The notes: a model not told the origin generated them from the letters alone. 54,858 nucleotides of DNA from Eledone cirrhosa (GCA_964016885.1 CAXHJY010000910.1:1-54858); one strand, 5' to 3'. Shown: positions 29,343 through 43,100, numbered from the stretch's first letter. Numbers and translations are program-made.

Positions 29343-29799
29343 AATATGTTTTGAAACAGTGACCAGGTTTGAAATTAGAAAATAGAATAGCTTTCACCGT
29401 ATTTTTTTAAATATAGTTTCCATTTATTAATATATTGAATATTTACTCCACTAATTTGTTGAGTGCTTTATATCAGTTATAACATTTTTAAGCTTGTTGA
29501 ATCACAACAAATTAAATATAACCTCTGCATATATATATATATATATATATATAACTTTGTATTTTGAAAATTCGGATGCCACAGTATCTTTCTTGATTGC
29601 CTATTATTACATAGTGTAGCAATAATGGACTGAAATTCTGATGAAACAATTGTTAATACGTGGATTAAATCCTTTTGTAACTGTTTACCTTCGTCCTATT
29701 TCTCTTTTTTGTTTATATATATATATTAGTACAGAATTAGCCGTCGAAACGGCTTGAGCTCAGCCGTCGGGGTCTTACTTACTCCTATATATATATATA

Positions 29800-31790
29800 T
29801 ATATGCAGAGGTTATATTTAATTTGTTGTGATTCAACAAGCTTAAACATTTTATAACTGATATAAAGCACTCAACAAATTAGTGGAGTAAATATTCAATA
29901 TATTAATAAATGGAAACTATATTTATAAAACCATAATTATTTTATTATATATATTTCAAGGGCAACCAAGGCAAATTATGGTGCGCTTTCATCAGATAAA
30001 ATACAGATTTGTTTTATAAATAAATATTGACATACCCGGAAAAAAGACAACCTCAACGGTTGAAGTTCCCTGGATAGTGGAGATAATATTTTATTGAGAG
30101 TGATACAAAGTTATGAGTGAGTATGCAAATGAGTGTCAGAAAAATTGAAAAAAAAACAACGGTTTATTTAAATTAAACTGTTGGAAGAAAGGAGATGTAA
30201 AAGGGAGAGGGAAAAATATTGAGAGGGAGAGAGAAAAAATATTGAGAGGGAGGGAGAAAAAATATTGAAAGGGAAGGAGAAAGAATAGTGAAAGGGAGAG
30301 AGAAAAAAAGCGAAAGAGAAAGATAAGATTATGCAGAGGGATAGTGAAGAGAAGCGAAGCGAACGAAGAAATAAGTTTTACATGGATGAATACTCAGAAC
30401 GTAAATATAACGTTCATTATGCTATGTTTATAATATTTATAATGTTAAGTTAAAAAATTAAATTAAGGATAAAAAAATATTGTTAGAATTTAATTAAAAA
30501 TTTAATTAAAATTTAATTAAAATAAGATATATTGCAAAAAGAAGTATTTAAAATATATTAAGATGTATTAATAATATATGGGTTTAGATGGGTATGTTAT
30601 GTTATAGATTATAAATTATTTAAATGTATAGTATTTTAAATTGGAAAAAATCTAGTATAGTTTATTTGATTAAAGTAAGTTTGGCAAAATTATATTTAGC
30701 CAGAATTTATTAATAGTTGTAAGTCAAATCTTAAACATCCAAATAATTCAAAAAATTACGAAAATTTACGAGAGTTTACAAAGGAATAAGTACTTAATTA
30801 GAAGTATATATTAAAACCATTTACAAATTCAGACTATAAATTAAGACTATAAAAATTGAGATTATAAAATCAATAAGGAAGTTTAAAGGAAGTTAAAAGG
30901 GATTTAAAAAAAAACTCAAATGACCCCAAGGATAGATAAAAATCTCTTTAAAAAGTTATAAGAAGTTATAAAAAGTTATAAAAATTCATCTTAAAATATA
31001 ATTAAAATATAACACTTAGATTATTTCACATATATATAAATAATATAAATAATTGGATATATATGAAAATACATAAATATTAAAAATGTTTAAAATATTG
31101 GAAGATATGAAAATAATGGTTTTTCCGTATCTTTCAAAAGGATCTTTCAAAACTTTTACCAAAAGTTTTTCAAAAATTTTCAGAAAGTCTTTCAAAGGAA
31201 ATTTTTAGAATTTTCAAAACCTTTTCTTAAAAGAATTTCAAGTAGTCATATAAAAAAGGTTATGATATATTTTTTGGAGGTAGGATTGATAAGTGAAATA
31301 ATACAAAGTATATTTATGAAGTAGAAATATTAGAAAGTAAAGGTTTTAAGGAGTAAATTAAAATTTAATAAGTGTATTTTATATATTTAGGAAGTTATTA
31401 AATTCTTGAATCATATATAGATATAATCTGAGGGATGAGTTTATAGGTGTTTGGATATAGAAAACGTTATGTAAGGAAGATTGACCATATATTACATTTT
31501 ATATATATATATCTAAAAGTTGAATTTAAACGATGTTTACAAGAACTAAATAAATTATTACACAAATTAATAGAGTTCTTACATTTTAGTATAAAGAATA
31601 TCTCTTCGACGCATTGGTTGCAAAATTTGGATAGAACTGTGTAGGATGGTGCTTTGGAGACAATATTCCAAGATGAAGAATAGTTTATATTCTTGGATTT
31701 TAAGTTCCATAATAAGTTGGATAGAGAAGTTGAAGATTTTTTTACCAATATTCGTAAAGGAACATTTATGGTTATTGAAACGAGATTTAA
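29800..31790 (-). mobile_element. 5'-truncated Naiad-like PLE: GIY-YIG C-terminus, ~1.4-kb AT-rich 3' region, HHR pLTR
   Basis: FKSRFNNHKCSF/SSTSLSNLLWNLK..WNIVSKAPSY..CNQCVEE..CKH; HHR at 29938-30003; inverted pLTR pieces at 29405-29535 and 31810-31880. Confidence 0.8.
29938..30003 (-). ncRNA. Type I hammerhead ribozyme
   Basis: Near-identical to 18128-18193; stem III TATATA. Confidence 0.85.
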
Positions 31791-31872
31791 AATATATATA
31801 ATAAAACGAGATTTGAAATATATATAATAAAATAATTATGGTTTTATAAATATAGTTTCCATTTATTAATAT

Positions 31873-31922
<50 letters not shown>

Positions 31923-31979
31923 TATTGAAGTTTCCGTTGAAAATTAAAAATGTCATAGGAGTGAAGAGTGCTCTATATA

Positions 31980-32053
<74 letters not shown>

Positions 32054-32228
32054 AATATATATATATATAAATAAATATACACGGGTGTGTATGATTGTGT
32101 ATAGAAGATTATATTAATAAAAGGAATTCCAACTTTGTCTGATTTACTCGTTTTATTTACAATCCTTTAAAATTATAATGGTATTAGAATGAAATAGTAT
32201 GGTAGAATATTAAATGTTAAGTTTTAAT

Positions 32229-32267
32229 TGAACAAGTACTTTCATGCTTTCGCAATCTTCAGAATCA
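32229..32267 (-). ncRNA. Minimal hammerhead ribozyme
   Basis: tgatt-CTGAAGA-ttgc(gaaa)gcat-GAAA-g(ta)c-TT/gttca; palindromic AGTACT. Confidence 0.65.
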
Positions 32268-32314
32268 TATTCTGTGGTGACAGTCAAGTTTGCAATTTTA
32301 TGTATATATATATG

Positions 32315-32423
<109 letters not shown>

Positions 32424-32479
32424 TCGGATATACATTGTTTAGAGTTTCGACACTTCAATGATGATGATGTACACACACG

Positions 32480-33280
32480 GTCGGTAAATAAATATTCTGA
32501 AGAATCACTGTCAAGCAGTGTCTGTACATTCCAACAGCCAATATTCAATGTTTTGTTTGCTTTAAGTTTTTTTTGTGTTCTATCACAGTGGCACGACGAC
32601 GGCCGGGTTCAGGCTGTGATGCCCTGGGGCCCCAACCGGGCCAAACCCTTTCACCTGGTGTGGTTCCAGAGCCCTTATTGCCATTTAGTTTTATACTGTT
32701 TTGGAACATTATTGATTGGTTGATTTTTAAGGCTACAGCCAGTCATTCAGTTGAGATCTTATAAATAATAACATTATTAATAATTATTAATTAATTGTTT
32801 CTACTTTAGGCACAAGGCCAGCAATTACCCAGTGCATTACCGGTACTTTATTTTATCGACCCCGTAAGGATGAAAGGCAAAGTCAACCTCGGCGGGATTT
32901 GAACTCAGATCGTAAAGGGACGTAACTATGCTGGAAAGCATGGCGTCCGATCCTCTACCGATACTGCCAATCCACTAATGTTATCGTGCAATGCCTGTGC
33001 GTGAAGATTTTTTAAAGTGAGGAAAGACTGTGCACTGACCCAAACCAACTCTCTGGGCGACAGTAGCTATAGCCCGAAAAGAAGAAAATATCAACATCAT
33101 CGGTAACTACTGAACGGCAGGTTTTATGTCGGAGTTATTCCAGTTTCCCAAGTACCTTCTCCTAGAAGAATGCCCTGACAAAGGCTAGGGTTCCTTTATT
33201 CCAAGTGGTTTAACCGCGCGATCTGGTACCCAGCCCGATTATTTCTATGTCCCCGCGCATGATGCAGCCATAGATTTTTC
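32480..33280 (-). mobile_element. RTE LINE 5' remnant (5' UTR plus APE N-terminus), interrupted by a SINE
   Basis: [14 protein letters not shown] matches the APE domain I motif (IG.WNVRTL); the upstream CCTTCTCCTAG..AAGGCTAGG resembles RTE 5' UTRs (from memory). Confidence 0.55.
32790..32980 (-). mobile_element. tRNA-derived SINE (Meta-type central domain)
   Basis: Reverse-complement homologue of 36060-36255; B box GAGTTCAAATCC; (ATT)-rich tail. Confidence 0.8.
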
Positions 33281-33699
33281 CAGATAACTAGGTAAAATAG
33301 GTAGATAAGATGCAATTAAACATTAAAAAAAAGTTATTTAAAATTTAAACATTAAAAAAAAGTTATTTAAAATTTAAAAGTTTAAAGGTTAAAAGTTTTA
33401 AAAGTTAAAATAATAATAATAAAATAAATAAATTAAAATACACACGAAACCAATCCCACACATACATATACACATTTACACACCCACACAGTATATACAT
33501 ATATACACATTGTGGGATGGCCGTTGACTCTCGTGAGTTCTTCCGCCCATACATATATACATACATACATACATGTAATCATTCATACACACATACATAC
33601 ATACATACTTACATACATACATACATGATGGCTGGTCCCTCGTTATCGAGTATGGCCATTGCACGAAAATAAAAACATAATAACGACAATAATAATAAC

Positions 33700-33776
<77 letters not shown>

Positions 33777-33789
33777 AATAAATAAATTA

Positions 33790-34695
33790 GACAATTATCA
33801 AAGTTGTGTCCAAATCATTTAATAGCTGACAATCGTTTCTTCCAAACTCTCATTTGGAGTTATCGGAGCATTATCAATGTTCGTACATGTAATTAACCTC
33901 CTATTCAACTGAACAATAATATAGATACATATATATTGATGTTGTGAGCAACAGTTTCGTATTTACAGGGTGGAATGGATGTGACATATATTTTACGAGA
34001 ATTGTACAAAAATTCAAATTCAAATTAAAAGCACAGAGTGGAATACATGCAACAGATAATACAAGAGAATAGTCTAATAATTAAAGAGACATTGAGAAAG
34101 GTGCTTTGAGAAAGAAAGAGTTCATTAGCAATACATATGCAGGTGTGTAGAAAGTGCACATGCGTTAGACATATATATGGGAAGGAAATAAGCAAAGTTA
34201 TTATGCATGTATAGATAAATAAATGCTGTATTTTAAGCAAAAATGTAATGTATTAAAATACAGTATTTATTTATCTATATATGCATAATAACTTTGCTTA
34301 TTTCCTTCCCATATATATGACTAACGCATGTGCCCTTTCTACACACCTGCATATGTATTGCTAATGAACTCTTTCTTTCTCAAAGCTCCTTTCACAATGC
34401 CTCTTTAATTATGAGACTATTCTCTTGTATTATCTGTTGCATGTATTCCACTCTGTGCTTTTAATTTGAATTTAAATTTTTGTACAATTCTCTTAAAATA
34501 TGTCACATCCATTCCACCCTGTAAATACGAAACTGTTGCTCACAACATCAATATATATGTATCTATATTATTGTTCAGTTGAATAGGAGGTTAATTACAT
34601 GTACAAACATTGATAATGCTCCGATGACTCCAAATGAGAGTTTGGAAAAAACGATTGTCAGCTATTAAACGATTTGAACACAACTTTGATAATTA
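33790..34695. repeat. ~900-bp inverted repeat (arms ~445 bp, scattered mismatches) with degenerate outward-facing HHRs (33821-33872 minus, 34615-34666 plus)
   Basis: Arms align end to end; gct-CCGATGA/CCGATAA-ctccaaa..tttggaa-GAAA/AAAA-c(gatt)g-TC/agc. Confidence 0.9.
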
Positions 34696-35648
34696 ACAAT
34701 GCTGCGATCGAATGTGGCTATTTAGCCCAGCCAATGATCTAAAATGCCTTACACAGAGTTGGCAACCAAAACATTCACTGGGAATAGCCGGCTGTAGCTG
34801 GAGTTCATGTACTTTTGCATGTCGTTTGAGCCCTGCTGCTGATTTACACTCTCTACCACATGCTTGGCCGGCATGATGAGCATCTCCAACAGCAGCCTGG
34901 TAGTCAACCACTGGTCTCACTTTATGACTGCGAAGATGACTTTCGAGTCCAGCTTTGCTGAGGCAGAATCTTGCCCTGACACTGCATGTCAGCGCCATAG
35001 GAGGACCTTCGCTGTCGAGAAATGCAACAGTAATACCCTTCCTCACACGCCTCTTTACTTTCTCGTATGCTATTCGAGATGCCTCAAAGGCAACAGTCCC
35101 TCATATACAGTCTTTCTCTATTTATTACGATCAGCAGCAATATTTTCCCATGTATCAGCAGAGATGTTAGCGTCTTTCAAAGAGGCTTTCAAGGAATCCT
35201 TATACCTCATTTTTTGGTTTATGTGGCGGTCGTTTTCCTTTAACCAACTCTCCATAAAAGAGTTGTTTTGGTATTCTAGAATCCTTCATCCTGGCAAGGT
35301 GACCACTCCAACGGAGTCTTTGCTTAAGCACAAGAGCATCTATACTGTCACACAGAGAATTTTCCAAAATCTCGACATCACTGATGTGGTCCAGCCAGTG
35401 AACGCCATGGATCCCTCTGAGACACATCTGATGGAAACGCTCTAGTTGTCAATCGATACAGCAACCTTGATAATGAAATTCCACTCAGGATTAGGAAAGC
35501 AAGTGATGCTTTCGGAAAGCTAGAAAGGCGCCTCTGGGGTCGGCGAGACATATGCAAGAAGACAAAAGTAAAGGTGTACAAGGCATGTGTGCTCTCTTCT
35601 CTTCTTTATGCCTGCGAGACCTGGGTCAAAAATCGACACCACCTTAAA
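34693..35648 (-). mobile_element. RTE LINE 3' part with C2H2-like fingers and a 5' inversion
   Basis: Minus strand LERFHQMCLR..RLRWSGHLARMKDSRIPKQLFYGEL..CKSAAGLKRH..FRSLAGLNSHIRS; the plus strand at 35443-35648 encodes the preceding RT-thumb segment. Confidence 0.88.
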
Positions 35649-36059
35649 CATACATGCATACATACATATATACATACATGTTACGATTCGTTTATCACCG
35701 CAGTAATTTCGAAATAGAATAGACGAAGAAAAATGTAAGAGGTATCTGTACAACAGGATATTATAGTGGCAAACGCTTGTACAATACGAGTACCACTCTC
35801 TGAGTATCCGCAACTAGAGTCCAGTGACATGCAAGATGATTGGGAGTTGCTTTACCTGCAGATTTTAAGGAATTTCCTTCTCACTTGATTACACCCATAC
35901 ATACGACCCCCCCCTACACACACACTCACTCACACACACACTCACACACACACACACTCACACACAAACACTCATGCATACAAACAAACACACACGCGCC
36001 ACTCACTTAAACACACTAACCCTCACACACATATATATTACTGTCATTATTAATACTAA

Positions 36060-36255
36060 AGGGCGGTGGATTGGTAGTATCGGTAGAGGGTCGGACGTCA
36101 TGCTTTGCAGCAAAGAGTTACGACCCTTTGTGGTCTGAGTTCAAATCCCGCCGAGGTTAACTTTGCCTTTCCTCCTTACGGGGTCGATAAAAATAAAGTA
36201 CCAATAATACACTGGGATAATTGCTGGCCTTGTGCCAAAAGTAGAAACAATTATT
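36060..36255 (+). mobile_element. tRNA-derived SINE
   Basis: A-box-like TGGTAGTATCGG, B box GAGTTCAAATCC, core GCCTTTCCTCCTTACGGGGTCGATAAAAATAAAGTACCA. Confidence 0.8.
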
Positions 36256-36479
36256 AATACTATAGATATGGCAACTGTTGTCTTTTGAAAAAGTTGGTAC
36301 AATTGAAGCTGTTAGTGTGTTGCTGTTTAGATTTATTGTTTCATTGTTGTTTTCATAAGGTTTGATCGTTGACTGAATGGTGGTGATGGTGGTGGCAGTT
36401 GATGTTGTTTGGCTTTTTATCGTTTTGATGCTGCTGTTACATACATACATACACACACTACTCACACAAACACACACAG

Positions 36480-36554
<75 letters not shown>

Positions 36555-36560
<6 letters not shown>

Positions 36561-36873
36561 AGAAAAAAGACAATCAGTGTTGCGACGAAAAGAATTTATT
36601 GGACATATTACAATTGTTTCTCGGGCGACCAGCTTGAGGCACGATCGATGTGGTGATCAAACCTGACTCTGAAATCGCGCGGTCCTCAGATACGTCTCGA
36701 TTCTACGGAAAATCTGCTTCATAGAATCGAGACGTACCCGAGGACCGCGCGATTTCAGAATCAGGTTTGATCACCACATCGATCGTGCCTCAAGCTGGTC
36801 GCCCGAGGAACAATTGTAATATGTCCAATAAATTCCTTTGGTCGCAACACAGATTCTCTTTTTTCTGTGATAT
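36555..36873. repeat. Inverted repeat (~150-bp arms) with extended-stem-II HHRs: intact at 36602-36696 (minus), core-mutated at 36731-36825 (plus)
   Basis: gacgtat-CTGAGGA-[~60 nt]-GAAA-c(aatt)g-TA/atatgtc; the plus arm has CCGAGGA and GGAA. Confidence 0.88.
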
Positions 36874-36955
36874 CGTACTCTGCTCTATGAGGGCATCGAG
36901 TGCTCATACGGCCTACCGCATACCCGACGCTTTAAGCATCCAACACCAATTTATA

Positions 36956-36987
<32 letters not shown>

Positions 36988-37104
36988 GTGGTAGAACACT
37001 GGAAGGTAATATCCGTAGTGGTAGAGCACTCAGTCCATGGGACGAGTTAGGTAGAAGTGGTTACACAACAGTTAGTTCACCATACTGAGAACAATGGTTT
37101 CACC

Positions 37105-37185
<81 letters not shown>

Positions 37186-37239
37186 CTATATATATATCTA
37201 TATATATATATATATATATATTATATATCTATATATATA

Positions 37240-37371
<132 letters not shown>

Positions 37372-37789
37372 CTGTCATATACACAATGATACATTTCTAA
37401 TTGGTCTACAAAAGACTTTGATCCCTAATTACTCCGATTAATGTATAAATTAAAACACATTTAACTCAATCTAAATATATCACACCCGAGACCACCATAT
37501 CAGTCATCTGTTGTTGTCGACGCAATTGTCCGTTGTCGTCGTTGTTGTTGTTGTCGTCCTGGCTTTTGTTGTGACCTTGCTTCTGTTGTTGGTGTTGGTC
37601 ACCGTTCTTTTCTTTGTTGTTATTTTGCTCACCATCTTTTCTGTTTTTTGTTGTTGTTGTGGTACACAACGGGGCATAAAAACTACACCACACTACGAAA
37701 AACAACAATAACAATAAATACAATGACAGCAGCAGCAACAACAGCAATTACAACTAGAACAATCCAGCGACAACAACTACAACAATAGG

Positions 37790-38120
37790 TAAAGAGACCC
37801 TTCTGTCACAGAAGACCATGGGATTTGCACCTAGAAAGTTCCCTTCTGAGACACAAGTCCGGGCAAGGTTGTTTGTGGGAGACCAGCAGTGGCCAATGCA
37901 TACCAGCCTTCCCTTTCCACGCCACCGTTATTGTCCAAGGGAAAGGCAATAGCCGATACAACTTGGCACCAGTGACGTCACAACTCATTTCTACAGCTGA
38001 GTGAACTGGAGCAACGTGAATAAAGTGTCTTGCTCAAGAACGCATCACCCGGTCGGAGAATCGAACTCACAACCTCCCGATTGCAATCCCAATCTCTAAC
38101 CACTAAGCCATGCGCCTTCA
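37790..38120 (-). mobile_element. tRNA-derived SINE (octopus-type, CORE/V-like middle)
   Basis: Minus strand A box TGGCTTAGTGG, B box GAGTTCGATTC, then TTGAGCAAGACACTTTA..CTCAGCTGTAGAAATGAG. Confidence 0.8.
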
Positions 38121-38209
38121 CAATAATAACGATTATAACAAACTAACAAGAACAGTAGCAACAACACCACCGACAACAACAATACCAATTACAGCACCAA
38201 CACTAACAA

Positions 38210-41200
38210 CAACGCTAACATCAACAAGACACACTAACAACAACGCTAACATTAACCAGAAACACTAACAACAACGCTAACATTAACCAGACACACTAAC
38301 AACAACCCTAACATTAACCAGAAACACTAACAACAACGCTAACATTAACCAGAAACACTAACAACAACGCTAACATTAACCAGAAACACTAACAACAACG
38401 CTAACATTAACCAGAAACACTAACAACAACGCAAACATCAACCAGACACACTAACAACAACGCTAACATTAACCAGACACACTAACAACAACGCTAACAT
38501 TAACCAGAAACACTAACAACAACGCTAACATTAACCAGACACACTAACAACAACGCTAACATTAACCAGAAACACTAACAACAACGCTAACATTAACCAG
38601 ACACACTAACAACAACGCTAACATTAACCAGAAACACTAACAACAACGCTAACATTAACCAGACACACTAACAACAAAGCTAACATTAACCAGAAACACT
38701 AACAACAACGCAAACATCAATCAGAAACACTAACAACAACGCTAACATTAACCAGAAACACTAACAACAACGCTAACATTAACCAGACACACTAACAACA
38801 ACGCTAACATTAACCAGAAACACTAACAACAACGCTAACATTAACCAGACTCACTAACAACAACGCTAACATTAACCAGAAACACTAACAACAACGCTAA
38901 CATTAACCAGACACACTAACAACAACGCTAACATTAACCAGAAACACTAACAACAACGCTAACATTAACCAGACACACTAACAACAACGCTAACATTAAC
39001 CAGAAACACTAACAACAACGCAAACATCAATCAGAAACACTAACAACAACGCTAACATGAACCAGAAACACTAACAACGACCCTAACATTAACCAGAAAC
39101 ACTAACAACAACGCAAACATCAACCAGAAACACTAACAACAACGCTAACATCAATCAGAAACACTAACAACAACGCTAACATTAACCAGAAACACTAACA
39201 ACGACCCTAACATTAACCAGAAACACTAACAACAACGCAAACATCAATCAGAAACACTAACAACAACGCTAACATTAACCAGAAACACTAACAACAACGC
39301 TAACATTAACCAGAAACACTAACAACAACGCAAACATCAACCAGAAACACTAACAACAACGCTAACATTAACCAGAAACACTAACAACAACGCAAACATC
39401 AATCAGAAACACTAACAACAACGCTAACATTAACCAGAAACACTAACAACAACGCTAACATTAACCAGAAACACTAACAACAACGCAAACATCAACCAGA
39501 AACACTAACAACAACGCTAACATTAACCAGAAACACTAACAACAACGCTAACATTAACCAGAAACACTAACAACAACGCAAACATCAATCAGAAACACTA
39601 ACAACAACGCTAACATTAACCAGAAACACTAACAACAACGCTAACATTAACCAGAAACACTAACAACAACGCTAACATTAACCAGACACACTAACAACAA
39701 CGCAAACATCAACCAGAAACACTAACAACAACGCTAACATTAACCAGAAACACTAACAACAACGCTAACATTAACCAGAAACACTAACAACAACGCTAAC
39801 ATCAACCAGAAACACTAACAACAACGCTAACATTAACCAGAAACACTAACAACAACGCTAACATCAACCAGAAACACTAACAACAACGCTAACATTAACC
39901 AGAAACACTAAAAACAACGCTAACATCAATCAGAAACACTAACAACAACGCTAACATTAACCAGAAACACTAACAACAACGCAAACATCAACCAGAAACA
40001 CTAACAACAACCCTAACATTAACCAGAAACACTAACAACAACGCAAACATCAACCAGAAACACTAACAACAACGCAAACATTAACCAGAAACACTAACAA
40101 CAACGCTGACATCAACCAGAAACACTAACAACAACGCTAACATTAACCAGAAACACTAACAACAACGCAAACATCAACCAGAAACACTAACAACAACGCT
40201 AACATCAATCAGAAACACTAACAACAACGCTAACATTAACCAGACACACTAACAACAACGCTAACATTAACCAGACACACTAACATCAACCCTAACATTA
40301 ACCAGAAACACTAACAACAACGCAAACATCAACCAGAAACACTAACAACAACGCTAACATCAACCAGAAACACTAACAACAACGCTAACAACAACGCTAA
40401 CATTAACCCTAAACACTAACAACAACGCTAACATTAACCAGAAACACTAACAACAACGCTAACATTAACCAGAAACACTAACAACAACGCAAACATCAAC
40501 CAGAAACACTAACAACAACGCTAACATCAACCGGAAACACTAACAACAACGCTAACATCAATCAGAAACACTAACAACAATGCTAACATTAACCAGACAC
40601 ACTAACAACAACCCTAACATTAACCAGAAACACTAACAACAATGCTAACATTAACCAGAAACACTAACAACAACGCTAACATTAACCAGAAACACTAACA
40701 ACAACGCAAACATCAACCAGAAACACTAACAACAACGCAAACATCAACCAGAAACACTAACAACAACGCTAACATCAATCAGAAACACTAACAACAACGC
40801 TAACATTAACCAGACACACTAACAACAACGCTAACATTAACCAGACACACTAACAACAACCCTAACATTAACCAGAAACACTAACAACAACGCAAACATC
40901 AACCAGAAACACTAACAACAACGCAAACATCAATCAGAAACACTAACAACAACGCTAACATTAACCAGAAACACTAACAACAACGCAAACATCAACCAGA
41001 AACACTAACAACAACGCAAACATCAACCAGACACACTAACAACAACGCTAACATTAACCAGAAACACTAACAACAACGCTAACATTAACCAGAAACACTA
41101 ACAACAACCCTAACATTAACCAGAAACACTAACAACAACGCTAACATTAACCAGAAACACTAACAACAACGCAAACATCAACCAGAAACACTAACAACAA

Positions 41201-41940
41201 CGCAAACATCAATCAGAAACACTAACAACAACGCTAACATTAACCAGAAACACTAACAACAACGCAAACATCAACCAGAAACACTAACAACAACGCTAAC
41301 ATTAACCAGAAACACTAACAACAACGCTAACATCAACCAGACACACTAACAACAACGCTAACATTAACCAGAAACACTAACAACAACGCTAACATTAACC
41401 AGAAACACTAACAACAACGCTAACATCAACCAGAAACACTGACAACAACGCTAACATTAACCAGACACACTAACAACAACGCTAACATCAACCAGACACA
41501 CTAACAACAACGCTAACATCAACCAGAAACACTAACAACAACGCTAACATTAACCAGACACACTAACAACAACGCTAACATTAACCAGAAACACTAACAA
41601 CAACGCTAACATCAACCAGAAACACTAACAACAACGCTAACATTAACCAGACACACTAACAACAACGCTAACATTAACCAGAAACACTAACAACAACGCT
41701 AACATCAACCAGACACACTAACAACAACGCTAACATTAACCAGAAACACTAACAACAACGCTAACATTAACCAGACACACTAACAACAACGCTAACATCA
41801 ACCAGACACACTAACAACAACGCTAACATTAACCGGAAACACTAACAACAACGCTAACAGTAACCAGACACACTAACAACAACCCTAACATTAACCAGAA
41901 ACACTAACAACAACGCTAACATCAACCAAACACACTAACA
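38210..41940. repeat. 31-bp minisatellite, ~120 units, CACTAACAACAACGCTAACATTAACCAGA(A/C)A
   Basis: 31-bp period measured at 38231, 38262 and 38293; variants GCTAACATT and GCAAACATC; fades into (AAC)/(ACC)-rich flanks. Confidence 0.97.
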
Positions 41941-42764
41941 ACTGCTGCTTCAACAACAACGCTAACACACTACCACCAACTCCACCAACTCAGCACCACC
42001 TCAACAGTACCACCTCAACAATAACACCAACATACTGCCACCAACAACACACCAGCACTAACGACACAGTATCACCATCAACAATGCACCACCATCGCGT
42101 ATACTACTGCCACTAACTTTCCCGTCACTGCAAATCCAACAAATTCCTCTTTCCTACATTTACTTGGGAATAATATTAAGTTTACTCATGTCTGTGGAAT
42201 GCTCAGCCATTTTACACATTAATTCACGGGAAGATGGAACACTCAACGTCGAGACCGACAGAGTTCCATTGTATGTGCGCGTGTGTATATGTGAGGGAGT
42301 GTTTGTATGTTTGTGTGTAATTTATGTAGGTTTAACATGCTATGTGAATATATAAATGTTAACAGTAGATGTTAGTTTATTCATACAAGTTTAGTTTATA
42401 CAAGTTCATATTTAAAAGTCGTTTAACCAGTTATATATTATACCGTTCTCACTGCCTAACATTTGTATCGGAGTAGTAGTAAGAGTATATGTATTAATGT
42501 CTCTAGATTATGTCTTAAACAGAGACGAGCTGATCTTTCAGTATCATGAGAACAATTGGGTTTCGAATACTAGACGGGTGAGACATGAGCGAGTTACTGA
42601 GGAGGACGCTTGACATGGACCTACGATTTTGAGGGGATTTCTCATTCCAAGTACTCGTTACAGTATTCTGTATATACATGTACATTATACACCAGTGACC
42701 CGTACATAAATCATTTCTACTTAACACTGATTACTAAAATACTTAATGAGCAATTTGAAATGTG

Positions 42765-43100
42765 GTCTGTATTTCACATCTAGCCTGGGCCTGTCACCAG
42801 GTTTGGAGGCCTATATATTTCCTATCTATCCTGGGCCTAATACAAGCTATGGGATCATACATTTCACATCTGACCAGGGCTTGGATCATACATTTCACAT
42901 CTGACCAGGGCTTATTACCAACTTTAGTGGGGCATGTTTGTTGCAGCATTTCGTATCTGCTCTAGGTCTATCATCAGTTTTGGGGAGCTATATTTTCACA
43001 TGTGACTTGGGCCTATTGCCAGATTCGACATGAGAGGCAGTTACATATGCTTGGGCTTATAACTAACTGTGTGAGCGTACAGTTCTCATCTGATCTGCGA
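42765..43100. repeat. Degenerate tandem repeat ATTTCACATCTGACCAGGGC
   Basis: Motif recurs about 8 times at 30-45-bp spacing. Confidence 0.65.

Noticed and set aside
29630-29665. CTGATGAAACAATTGTT as a hammerhead
   Set aside because: The two core boxes overlap with no stem II, and I found no stem I partner
35750-35890. Short open frame ...PLSEYPQLESSDMQDDWELLYLQILR as an exon
   Set aside because: No convincing acceptor tract and no recognisable homology
38210-41940. CRISPR-like 31-bp repeat array
   Set aside because: Units are head-to-tail with no unique spacers, there are no cas genes, and the context is eukaryotic
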